Notes: generated by a model from the sequence alone, not told the origin. DNA of 64,000 nt from Elsinoe ampelina (GCA_010093995.1 ML992511.1:1020172-1084171); one strand, 5' to 3'. Shown: positions 11,639 to 22,753, counted from the stretch's first letter. Made by a program: numbers and translations.

Positions 11639-12169
11639 TTTGTTGAGGGTGAGGAGGTGGAAAGAGGAGAGAGTAGGAATCGAGGGTGACTTACTGTTGA
11701 AGATCGAGCTGGATCTTGGTGGTTGACGGCAGTTGGGTGGAGGGGAGGAGGATGTGGGGTTAGTTGGGGAAGCTCCAAGATCTTTCATGTCATTTCTAAT
11801 TTGCAGGTATACCTACTGCACAATCAACGTCCTGTAGCACGGTGTGAAGTATTTGCATGAAGCATAAGCTCGTTGTACATGTCGTGCCGAGTTGTGACAG
11901 TCAAATAGATGTCAGCTATTCCTCGTCATGCTGGGCTTCTCCAAATTCCGATCGCGGAACTCGTGGGGTCAAAAAAAAAATAGCAGGTGGGGTTACAGGG
12001 CTTTTCAGTTCAAACGAGCCACCCCCAGGCTTGGCGCACGCTTTACCGACTTCTAAGCTACAAATTTTAGTAGCTAGAGGTCTAGATAGTATATAGGTAC
12101 AAATTCGTTATTGTTAACTAAAATTAAAGCTAAAATAAGGTGTAATAAAGGTAGTATACCTTTATATAA

Positions 12170-14025
12170 GTATATAATAGCTAAAAAGTACTCTACTACC
12201 CTCCCTTACTACTAGCTAGCTTATAATAAGAGGCCTTTAAGAGCTACTTATAAGGCTAAAGAGGTAGTTAATACTTTATAAGAGAAAGAGGTAGTAGTAG
12301 AGTTATTACTAGTACTATTATAGTTTTCTTAGCGCTCTTCTAGCTCTCTTAGAGAGATTAATCTAGTTTAATAGAGGCCTCCGATACTATAACTATAAGC
12401 TAGCTAAACGCTAGTACCTTATCTAGTCCCTCTAAATATAGACTAAGCTCTTCTTAAGTATATTATAGCTAAAGGTACTATAGTCTCTTTTACTACTAAC
12501 TAGCTAAGGCCTTTACTTAAGTAACTACTACTAAGAAGACCTTTTTTTCTAGATAAGGGTAGTAGTAGTAGTAGTAAAAGAGAAAGAGTTAGATAAAGAG
12601 CTAGAGTTAGTAAAGAAGATATTAGAGAAGAGAAGAAAATAGTTTATTAAGAAGATAGCTACTTAAGAGAAAAAGAAGTAAAAGAAGAAGAAGAAGGCTA
12701 CTATAGAGGCTACTATAGCCTCTATAGTAGCCTCTATATAAATATCTCTATTATTACTTCTACTAGAGACGTAGGAGAATTACTTAGATAATCCCTTTAC
12801 TAGTTACTTAGTAGATATAAAATTAATAGTAAGACTTAGATTAAAGAAGGTAGCTCTAGATAAGTATATCTTTAACTAGCTAGCTAAGATCTTATAGTCT
12901 TCTATATTAGATTAGATAGTAAAGAAGAGATTAGCTAGCTTAGAGTATAATATTATTCTTCTTAAGGTTAATATAATTACTTAGTATAGTAGCCTTAAAA
13001 GAGATAACTATATAGCCTTTACTATAGTATAGTTAGCTAACTTTAAGGACTTAACTAGTAAGCTAGAGGCGTAGGCTTAAGATAAGTAACTACTATTAAA
13101 GACTAGCCTAAGTATAATAATAAAGAAATTAACTCTAGTACTATTTTTAGCTTAAGCCTCTTAGCTATAGCCTCTTTTAACTATACTAATCTTTCGATTA
13201 ATAATAGTACTACCTTCTATACTATAAGCCTTTTCTACTCTCTTACTATTATTAGCTTAGCTATATCTCTTCTTCTCTTTATAGTCTTTTTAAGATACTA
13301 TACCTTCTTAAGGCTATACCTTAGTAACTAGCTAACTATATAGTATATTAGTAGCGATAAATAGTAATTAAGAGCTAGATTTAATATAGTATTAGAAGTA
13401 TATAGATTAGACTTATATAAATTTTAGTAATATATACTAGAGAACTATTAAGGGTAAGTACTATAAGCTAGATAAAGCTATAAGGCTTTAATAGAGCGCT
13501 ATAGTAAGAAGTAATAGCTATAGTATTAATTAGCCTCCTCTAGTACTTATAATTACTCTTAATAGAAGTAGGCCTTTAAGAAGAGCTATCTTAAAGACCT
13601 CTATTAACTTACCTTATTCTATACTACTAACTCTACTACTAGCCTATTTAGCTTTACTAGTACTAGTTAATACTATTAATATTACTAATATATACTTAGA
13701 ACTACTATACTATATACTTCTTTAATCCTTATCTTCTTTAAGTAGTATAATTACTAACTTTAAGTAATTCTTATCTATTAGTTCTAATACTAATCTAGTA
13801 GAAGTTTTAGCTAAATTCTTTAACTAGTTAAAAAGGAAAGAGGCCTTTAAAAGGTAGAAGGCTATACTTAATAATATAAAGTTTAGATTAAAGAGTAAGA
13901 ATTATAATATTAATAGCCTTTAAAGTATTAATTTCTCTTATTAGAGAGAGAAGTAGTACTTTAATAAAAGTCTCTTAGTATAGATAATTAGTAAGATAAG
14001 CTTCTTTAAGCGCTAGTATCTTTAA
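12170..14025 (+). pseudogene. RIP-mutated accessory ORF inside the Tc1-like element (Lys-rich/coiled-coil region + putative C3H zinc-binding motif); ends approximate
   Basis: One frame whose stops are all RIP-type TAG/TAA. De-RIP of 13393-13539 gives W-x-C-x4-C-x-N-x4-C-W-x6-H-x2-L-x7-W-x13-PP. Confidence 0.55.
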
Positions 14026-14149
14026 TAGTAATATTATACTACTTAGTAGACTAGATAGCCTTCTAAAATTAGTATAAGAAGAGGTAGTAGAGAACTAAGG
14101 TAGTAGTATAGAGTTTTTAATATCTCTTAGTACTAGTAGATATTAAAGC

Positions 14150-15120
14150 TAAGTTTAACCTTATAAGTCTTTTATCTCTTTATACTTATCTATTTATCTT
14201 ATACTATATCTATAGCTTTTAAAATAGTTTCTAGCGTCTTTACTATAGTATAGCTAAACTACTAATACTAAGAAGTTCTAATATTTATTAAATTCTATAG
14301 CTAAATATTAGTACTTCTTTACCTATACTTTAAGTACTAAGAATAACTACTTAATAGAGTTAAAATTTAGTAAATATAGTAGTAAGTACTTAAGGTAGCT
14401 TCTATATTTAATTATAAGCTCTTTTACTTTATTATAGTAATATATTAAAGTATTATCTATAACTAGAATTAAGCTAGCTAGTAGCTATAGTAGTACTAAC
14501 TCCCTTAGCTACTAGATAAAGATATTCTCTATAATTAAGCTATAGTAAATAAGTACTCTATTAAGGTATTTATTTATAGTAATTACTAGAAGTATACTCT
14601 AGCGCTTACTTCTTTACTTTAGCTAACTATCTATATAGTTAATACTAATAGGTACCTATCTATATCTCCTTTATATAGTATACTTATTATAAGCTAACTT
14701 ATTAATATAAATAATACTTTTAACTAGCTAGCTCTTATAGTATATACTCTAATTATTTCTTAATATAGTATCTCTTTCTATAGCTATCTTCTTAGCTACC
14801 TTCCTTAACTACTTCTAGTACTTAATTATCCTCTAGATAGTACTAATAGATACTAGTATAGTATAGATCTTAAAGAGAAAGTTCTTTACCTTATTAAGAT
14901 AAGCTATAGAAATATTATTAAGGTATAGAATAACTTACTTAGAGTAGTATTAGTAGATAGTAAAGGCTAGTAAGAGTAAGACTTATATCTTTAAGAGCTA
15001 GAGATAGTAGCCTTAAGTAGTAGTTAACTTTATTAGGAGAATAAAGAGTACTAAAGAACTTAATTAATAGTCTTATCCTCTAGATAGTAGAGTAAGTAAC
15101 CTTAGTAGTACTATAGATAG
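14150..15120 (-). pseudogene. RIP-mutated DD34E transposase (DDE_3/IS630-Tc1 type); ends approximate
   Basis: After reversing RIP, in one frame: IDES (D at 14703), VMDNASIHH (D at 14457) and YLPPYSPDFNxIE (E at 14352), with 34 residues between the second D and the E. Confidence 0.85.
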
Positions 15121-15878
15121 TATAGTTTAAATAGCCTTTAGCTAGAAGAAACTCTACATTAGCTAATTTAGCTAGAGTAATTTAATAGTTTACTATACTA
15201 GCTATTATATCTTTTTTTAGCTTTAAAAATCAAGTAATTAACAATAATTATAACTATAATCTATCTAGACTTCTAGCTAGCCAAATTTGGTAATGCAACG
15301 TCTTAAACAATTATGCCAAGCCTGGGGGTGGCTCGTTTGAACTGAAAAGCCCTGTAAAAGTGGTCGGCTATTTTCGGCAAAGAGACGACAATTGCTCGTA
15401 ATGTCAAAAAGCAGGAATATCGAGACCAATTTTTGCTAATCTCCCTGAGTACATTGAGGCTGGAGTACAGTGTAGCAGGAGAACACCGAGGTAATCTTAC
15501 GACCGTTCGATGTTCTCAGGCTATACAGTAAGTACATATGCTTTGCTGGGTTGGAGAAGCCGTGGCTGTTACTGTTGCCAACTCACAGCGATTTAGATCG
15601 TGACACCATAGAAACACAGCGTTATACATCGAAGAGTGCCTGACATCGAAGAGCACCTGATGGTGGACCAAAACAGTCATGAAGGAAGTCTGAATACATC
15701 GCTCGCTAAGTATCATCGTAGATAATCGCACGTCTGTCCTGTCACCTGGTGCCCACTCACACTCATCGCCCAGCATTACCAGGTCCTGTCAACGTCTGCC
15801 CACGACGTCTACATTTTCGACCCGTAGATTGTGAGTCTCTGCACTCAAGCAAGCCTGTCCCAACGTCGCGCAGTTCCA

Positions 15879-17473
15879 TCACATCCACAAGTATCCCCGA
15901 CACTTTTCCGCACCACACTTGCATTCGACCTTTGACTTGCCATCATCCATCGCTCTATCAGTCATGCTCACATCTCCATCCTTTACTGGCGCGGCATCAC
16001 CGCCGTCCATGTAGTCGAACGTCAGTTCCTGTCCAGCTGGGATGTCGTCGCAAGCGAAGAATGCCAGATCGTAAACGAAGTAGTCGTACTTGTTGTAGCT
16101 GACCGTGTGTATTTGCACATTCGGTTGGCAGCAGTGGTTGATGAAGCGAGTAGGCCCGCCCATGAAATGGCCGTCCACGACAAATGTCTTCTCCTGGGTG
16201 ATCACCTCTCCCGGACCAATCTTGTCGCCGGTGAATTTGTCAAGGGAAAAGAGGTAGGAAGCTCTGCCCGGTCCCGATTGAGCCTCTCGCTTGTCAGCTT
16301 CGGCGTCAGTGATGACCTCGCCGAGATAAGTATCGATGAATTGGCCACGCTGAAGAGGTTGTCGACAGCGAAGTCCGAAGCCTCGACCATTCGAGGTTTT
16401 GAATACCTCTAGCTCAACTCGTCGACCATGCTGAACATTGCGATTCTTGCAGATTGGTCCGCACTTGCATGCCGTGTTACATTCGTAGATGACATGCCGT
16501 TGTAATAAGTAGAAGTCTACCAAGCAGCCAGCTCGACCACCCGTGTGCAAGTATGGGAAGCGCTTTGCCAGACCAGCTGTTGTTGGAATCTCGTTGTTGT
16601 CAACCTGCCGCTTATGTTCCGCCTGCTGCTCCTCACTTAATTTGTCTAGGTCTGGTGCTGCGAACTCGAGGCATTCACACTTTTTGGTGTACTCGCAGCC
16701 ACGGTTTGCTCCCATATTTGGCCTGCATTGTTGACAACCCATGACTAGATCCTGTTTCGTTACACCTTCCCGAAAGACATACTCATCGATGAATTTGAAC
16801 GAGAGTGACGGTGTCTCCCTGTCGACATTGTTCTCGAAGCGTACAGGTGGCTGAAGAAGCTGAAGTCGTGACACATACCTTCGACGAATGGCATGTTCTG
16901 CGTCCTTCAGATTTGTTCCCGCAGCTTGCTCCTTCATTTCCAGGGTAGGAAGCTTCCTAACATCCAGAGCTGGGTTGGTTGTTGTAGGAACAGCAATAAG
17001 TGATCCTTCCTTCCTTTGAAGGAAACAATTGAACACACGTATCTCATTCTTCCCGCTCCCCTTCTTACCGTTCGCTGAATCAGTGGTGTGAATCGCATCA
17101 GGTCCGGGAGACAATCCGATTTCAGGCGTGAGTAATTGATTTTCTGAACGTTTACGTTTTGAGCCAGCGAGGCTATCAATTGAGGGCGTCAAATTTCTCG
17201 TTCGTTCGGATTGCTTGTGCTGCTCAATATGCTGTTGAACTAGGTGGAGGACGCCACCCAGCTCCTCCAGTCCATGCCAAGACAAGGGCGGGTATGCATC
17301 GTCCTGTGATTTCCAGCAAATGAGATACTCGGAGCGCTTCTGATCATCCGGGCATGGTCGATGTGTGATGATTGACTCGATCTGATAATGACATTAGAGG
17401 TGAAAGTGAATGGGAAGTTTCTAGAGCGCCTTACTTTTGACTGCTCCACGATGTATCGACTGCGGGGAGGCAT
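15879..17473 (-). CDS. dim-5: Histone H3K9 methyltransferase Clr4/DIM-5 (pre-SET, SET, post-SET), about 513 aa, with chromodomain-like N-terminus
   Basis: Cys-rich pre-SET, GRGFGLR, YLFSLDK, RFINHCCQPN, ELTFDY and post-SET CKCGAEKCRGYLW. Exon 1 (17473-17435) plus intron 17434-17382 extends the ORF in frame. Confidence 0.93.
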
Positions 17474-18371
17474 ATTAGCCCTACGCGCCTCTTACGCGCA
17501 TCAATTGAGCGACTAAAAACCTGTCTATGAGACATGTCAGCTTGCTGCCTTAACATGATATTTAAGCGCGGGAAAAGAGCAAGTCGAATGAAGTATAAAG
17601 CAGGCTCTTACTGAAGACTAAGACACCGTATTCATTTTGAATACAGTCCTAATGCTCGAATTCTGTTTTCTTGCCTCAACACTAGAGCTTAGAAGCAGAT
17701 ACGTGAAAAACGATTAATCTCTTAGTGCTGTTGCTGAATTCACCTAGTTAGAGATATAATTATCTAGATAGCTAGAAAGAGACGTGCTTGATTACTAACG
17801 AATCGGTAAATCTGCGGGGTATTCGCGAAATTGAGAAGCAACCTCAAAAAGAGTATAAAATTAGAAGAGAGTCCGAACATCGAGGATTTTTCAATATGAA
17901 GAACCTCTTTCCTATCGCATAACCATCTGAAATGGTAATAAGATGCCGATGACGCAGATTTGTAGTGTTTGCTAGTCCTTTGTTAAGCAAATCTTGCAGG
18001 TCGCATAGCTTCGTCAAGAAGCATCTAAACCGTATCTCATTCGATGCCAACAAGTGATAAACTCTAGATCTATAGACCTTGCATTTCAGGACCCCAATAT
18101 TGATTCAAAGCAAGCAGCAGTCTATAGCTATTCCATGAGTGTCATGTCATTGCGTATCAGATGCATATGTTCCCATTGTGAGCTGCTAGCATCTTTCGTA
18201 TCAAGCAATTCGCGTCATCAACCCACGAGCATTTGTTAAACGCACCCCCACAGCTTTAACCGCACCATCGGAGGTTTCTCCCCCGACCCCGACCAATTTT
18301 TTTCCTCACCTCCATCTCTCTGCTCACCAAGCTGCCACCCTAACCACTCCCAACACCTCCACCACTCCACC

Positions 18372-19433
18372 ATGGCACAACCAGACCTCTCCCTCCCCGA
18401 GGGCCCCCTCCTCCGCGCCCTCGCCTCCTCGTCCCTCTCCCGCCGCCGCGCAGCAATGGCCAGCCTCTCCACCTTCCTCTCCAAAAAACAAAACTTCACG
18501 CAACTCGACTTCCTCAAACTCTGGAAAGGACTCTTCTACTGCCTCTACATGACCCCGAAAATGCTCCACCAGCAACGCCTCTCGATCGAAATCTCGGAAC
18601 TCACGTACGCTCTGCAAGAAACTCCGACAAGCCAGGGGGAAGAAGTGGTGGATGAGTCGGCGACGCAGAAGAAGCGCAAGCGCGGCGGGGCGCAGAGCGA
18701 TGCGGCTTCCAAGCGACGGCGGACGTCATCATCTGCTGCTGCTGCTCCGCCTGAAGAAAAGGATGGGGGGCAAGCGGAACCCAAGTTCCTCTCCTTCGTC
18801 CGCGCCTTTTGGACCACGATTGCGAGGGAGTGGGAGGGCATCGACAAGGCGCGGCTGGATAAATTCCTCTTCCTCGTGCGCCGGATGGTGTTTGTTGGGT
18901 TTGAAGGGTGTAAGGTCTCTTCTGGCTCGATCCAAGATCCTGAAGTGGCACAGGATGGGGACGAAGCGGGGGAGCAAGAAGGGGAAGATGACGGGGGAGA
19001 GGAGTACGAGTGGTCCCCTGCCCTGTTGAGTTCTTATCTGGAGATCTTGAAGCAAGGGCCTTTGGATGCAGGGAATATGAAACTCCCGATTGGGCTGCAA
19101 TTACATGTCCTCGATGTATTGGTGGACGAGATGGAAAGAGCGGATCCTGAGCGGAAGCTGGACACACAAGAGGTCGTAGGGATATTGGAGGGGTTGAAGA
19201 GAGAGAGTAAGACCAAGACGGTCAGGAAAAGGGCTGGGGAGGTGCTGCAGGAAGGGGGGTTGGGGGACTGGGCTACTGCTGAGGGAGGGACGGGCGGCGA
19301 TGTGGATGGGAATGGGATAGAAGGAGATGGAGTGGATGAGGGATCAGGGATCGGAGAGGTGGAGCAAGACGAGGAAGAAAAGGAGAACGAGGAGGAAGAC
19401 GGGGAAGATGGGTTCGAGGGCTTCGACGACTGA
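18372..19433 (+). CDS. RRP1: Nucleolar rRNA-processing protein Rrp1/Nop52
   Basis: LKLWKGLFYCLYM and REWEGIDKARLDKFLFLVRR Nop52 motifs, acidic tail. Confidence 0.88.
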   Translation: MAQPDLSLPEGPLLRALASSSLSRRRAAMASLSTFLSKKQNFTQLDFLKLWKGLFYCLYMTPKMLHQQRLSIEISELTYALQETPTSQGEEVVDESATQKKRKRGGAQSDAASKRRRTSSSAAAAPPEEKDGGQAEPKFLSFVRAFWTTIAREWEGIDKARLDKFLFLVRRMVFVGFEGCKVSSGSIQDPEVAQDGDEAGEQEGEDDGGEEYEWSPALLSSYLEILKQGPLDAGNMKLPIGLQLHVLDVLVDEMERADPERKLDTQEVVGILEGLKRESKTKTVRKRAGEVLQEGGLGDWATAEGGTGGDVDGNGIEGDGVDEGSGIGEVEQDEEEKENEEEDGEDGFEGFDD

Positions 19434-20047
19434 TCCCCCCTCCACACGCATCAGTCTCATCTGCAGAAGGAATGGCTGAGTGGGAGGATGAGGCCAAGCA
19501 CCCGAGTAGGACAGCGTTGGTAACAGATCACCTGCTGCCACTGCATGGATAGTGTCGTCAAAGATCACAGGCACGAGCAGGCCTAAAGGGACGAGCAGGC
19601 CTAAGATTGGATATCTACTTGCCTTGGGCGACTACGCCGGTCGCCCACGCTGGCTCAAGCATTCTGTGTAGCGACCGCAAAGGGGAAAGGCGTCCCTGGC
19701 CGTGGTTTGGAGTGCTCAATGTTGCCCTCCGTACCTCGTATCCCAAAGCAGGTGCCCAGCATGTCAAGTAGACTTGGACGTCTGAGGGATGCAGCGGAGA
19801 TCACGAGAATAGCCAGACACGAAGTGAACATGAATCATATTACCAAGCCCACTCAATCTTTCCTTCCTTCACACCGACTCAGCGAGAGCGGCACTGGTCC
19901 AGTAATCCTCTTTTTTATAGAACTCAATAATCCAGAGTATGCCCCCTCTGCCTCCCGAAAGAATCATGAGAGAGAAGCAGAACAAACAATGCAAATCGTG
20001 GTCGAATGTTATCCCTTTCCGATCTCAAGTCCATGCTTGCAAAACAT

Positions 20048-21012
20048 CTACTTGCAAGCCAAGCTAAACTTCGGCTTCCTGTTCGCATCCATAGCACCCC
20101 AGACAGTCTCAATCTTCTCCTCCCCATTGTCGCCAGTGGTGCTTGGCTTCCATGGCTCGTCAAAGGCCTCAAAGTAGAAGGCGTTGACGCCCCAGTCGAG
20201 CAGGCCGCAGAAACCTTGCTGGTAGAATGTCTCGGCGTTCTTGGTGCCGGCGCTGGCGGCCTCGTAGTCGCTGCCGCCGTCGGTGGGCCAGCCGGTTTCG
20301 CCGTTCCAGACTTCGATCTTGTCGAGGGAGCCGGATACGGATTGGATGCGGCCGAGGGCTTGCATCATGTCGTCGAGGTAGACGTGGGTGGCGTTCTCGA
20401 TGGGGGCGCCTTGCCAGTAGGCGAAGGCGTTGGCGAGGCTGAGGAGGGTTAGTGGTGAGGAGGGAGATGGACGGAGGATGAAGCTTACAGGATGTCGACG
20501 CCGCCTTGGATGACTGCATCTGCGGTGCCGTCGGCGTACTTGTTCCACGAGTCGGCAGTTCCGACCCTGACGCCATCTGGGAGAACACCCTTGATCTCGT
20601 TGATCTTCTCGAGGAGCTCTGGACCAGTGAAGTTGCCCCTGTAGAGCGTCTCGGAGCCAACCGTCACGGCGTAGACCTGATCCTTGTATTGTGGAACGTA
20701 TTGTTGGAGAGCGGCCTTGTCATTCTGCAATGACTCTGGGGTATCTGGCCAAACACCGAGGACGACCTTGAAATCCTTTGCCTTTGCTGCTGGGAGAATG
20801 TTCTTTGCGGTATCACACTGACCAGCAGCGTAGATACGGACAATGTTGCTGCCGGAAGCCTTGATGGCATCAAAGTCGGCTTCCCAATCGGATTGCTTCT
20901 TGCATTGTGTGGTGCTGCCAATGACGGATCCTACGGCGAATCCGTGTTTGCCGACTGCGAGGGCGGATGGGAGGATGGCTGCAGTGGCAGCGAGAGCGGA
21001 TGAAACACGCAT
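20048..21012 (-). CDS. BGL2: GH17 beta-1,3-glucanosyltransferase/glucanase (Bgl2/Bgt1)
   Basis: Signal peptide, VTVGSETLYR, NGETGWPT, FEAFDEPWK. Intron 20488-20439. Confidence 0.92.
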
Positions 21013-22259
21013 GACGGAGAGACGTATGTTCTGTGGGTCGTGAAGAAATGCCTGACGAGGCTGATTCGTGTTCAAGGAGAAACCCTTTCGTATCCGGGCT
21101 GGCGATTACGGACTTGTGTTGTAGCAAGCAAGAGAGCGCAGAGGTAGGAATCGAGACGCCTACCAGGGGGTTGAAAGAGTGACGACGGTTAGCGCTTTGA
21201 GATTTGTGATTGAGAAGGAGAATGGAGAAGTTGGAAGGATGTGAAGCAGGCTTGTTTGGCTTGAGATTCGAGGCGTGCAGAGTGGCCGTGCCCGGCAGCA
21301 GCCGCTTGCCCAAAACCCCTGACGCTAGGCCAGGAACGCGCCGCGCTAGACGGTCGTGCATACGGTAGCTTCCGCCAAAACCGTCAAAACCATCAAAACA
21401 CTCAAAACCCCAAATCACCAAAGTTTGGAGGCCTTTAACTCCCTTAATTCTGTCAATATTAGTATACAATTAACATTAAACTGATTAGATTTATCTATTC
21501 TATTATCCTCTAACTTCGAGTATCTTTTTTAAGCTATTTTTAGTGCTAGCGTAATTAGTGTAAGTTATAGCGGCTAGGCAGCGAGGTGCTTAGCACTCCG
21601 CTAGTACTCCTACCTCTAACACCTTTATATTGCCTATATTATACAAGTACGGCGGCGACTGCACTATAAATACTATTAGAATAGATCTCTATTACTCTCT
21701 ATTTAAGCTACTAAGAGTAAGGCTTAATCTAGTAGGTGTTTATTATTCCTTACCGCTTTTAGTTAGGTCTTTATATTGTTACTATTGTTACTATTGTTAC
21801 TATTTAAACTAGTAACAATAATAGCAGCTCTAATATATATAAGATTATAGTTACTATATAGTTTAATTAGACCCCTACTATACTATTATAACTCTGTTAA
21901 ATTTAATTAAATATTTACTATAGCTAATACTACTAAAGTAACCCCTACTAAGTATGTATTATAGCATGTTCGTAGCTAGTTCGCTATTAACTTTACACTT
22001 TAGAAAGTCTAATCTATAAGCGCTAGATGCTATAATTAATAATAATGCCTATACCTCTAATACCTCTAAGGAAACTACTAGTAACTCTAAGGCCGCGTAT
22101 GTCTTTATAGCTCCTTAGGCTAGTGTTCGCTACTAATTCGTATAGCTACTCTATTATATATATATATCGCTGCCCTAAGACTAAGAATCTAGCTAGATTT
22201 TAGTATATCTCTAAGTTAAACTAGTTTAAGCTTATTAACACCTACGAGAATAGTAGTAA

Positions 22260-22620
22260 TAAGCGTAGTAAGGACTTTATAACGCTCCGTATATATAATA
22301 CTATCGGCTGTATTATAGAGATAGACGAAGGTGGCATTAGTAAACGTACCTACGAATAGTATATAAAGTTAAATAAGCTATACACTTACTTTCTTAATAA
22401 GCTATCCGAGTTATATATATACTACTGCCGCTACTATCGCTAGAGGTGTGCCTCTTAGCTTATAAAGGAGAAGCTAGAGGATTAGAAGCTAGTAACTATA
22501 GGCCGTATTAAGGAGCTTAAGTAGAGAGTAGAGGCGCTAGAGAATAATACGCTCGCTACTAAGGCTAAGTTATAGTAGCTAAGGGATAGAATTACGAAAC
22601 TTATAAATAGGCCTACGAAC
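22260..22620 (+). pseudogene. RIP-mutated Zn2Cys6-like cluster + coiled coil carried by the transposon (core only; ends approximate)
   Basis: TAC/TAT/TGT codons at 22351, 22360, 22381, 22414, 22423 and 22447 give Cx2Cx6Cx10Cx2Cx7C after de-RIP, followed by the heptad RIKELKQRVEALEN. Confidence 0.6.
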
Positions 22621-22753
22621 TAGTAGCGAATATAATACCTATATATTCTTCTAGAGTTTATAGACTATAATTATACTCCCTTTATACTACCTCTTCTAGT
22701 CGATATTAAATCGTAACTATATACACTATAAATTACTTAGCGAACTACTAGTA

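Larger units (their letters stand above)
11996..15354 (-). mobile_element. Tc1/IS630-mariner superfamily DNA transposon, RIP-inactivated, 3.36 kb
   Basis: Perfect 40-bp TIRs (CAGGGCTTTTCAGTTCAAACGAGCCACCCCCAGGCTTGGC at 11996-12035 and 15315-15354), TA on both sides, TpA-saturated interior, DD34E transposase relic. Confidence 0.93.

Noticed and set aside
17500..18230. Mildly AT-rich stretch between dim-5 and RRP1 as a possible TE remnant
   Set aside because: No termini, TSD or decodable ORF; compatible with a divergent promoter.
19680..19720. GGGGAAAG...CCCTGG resemblance to RNase MRP/P CR-I
   Set aside because: Imperfect match and no CR-V partner found.
21361..21420. Regular short repeats resembling a CRISPR or iteron array
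   Set aside because: Eukaryotic context, no spacers, and mirrored at 26826-26892; they are TIR subrepeats.
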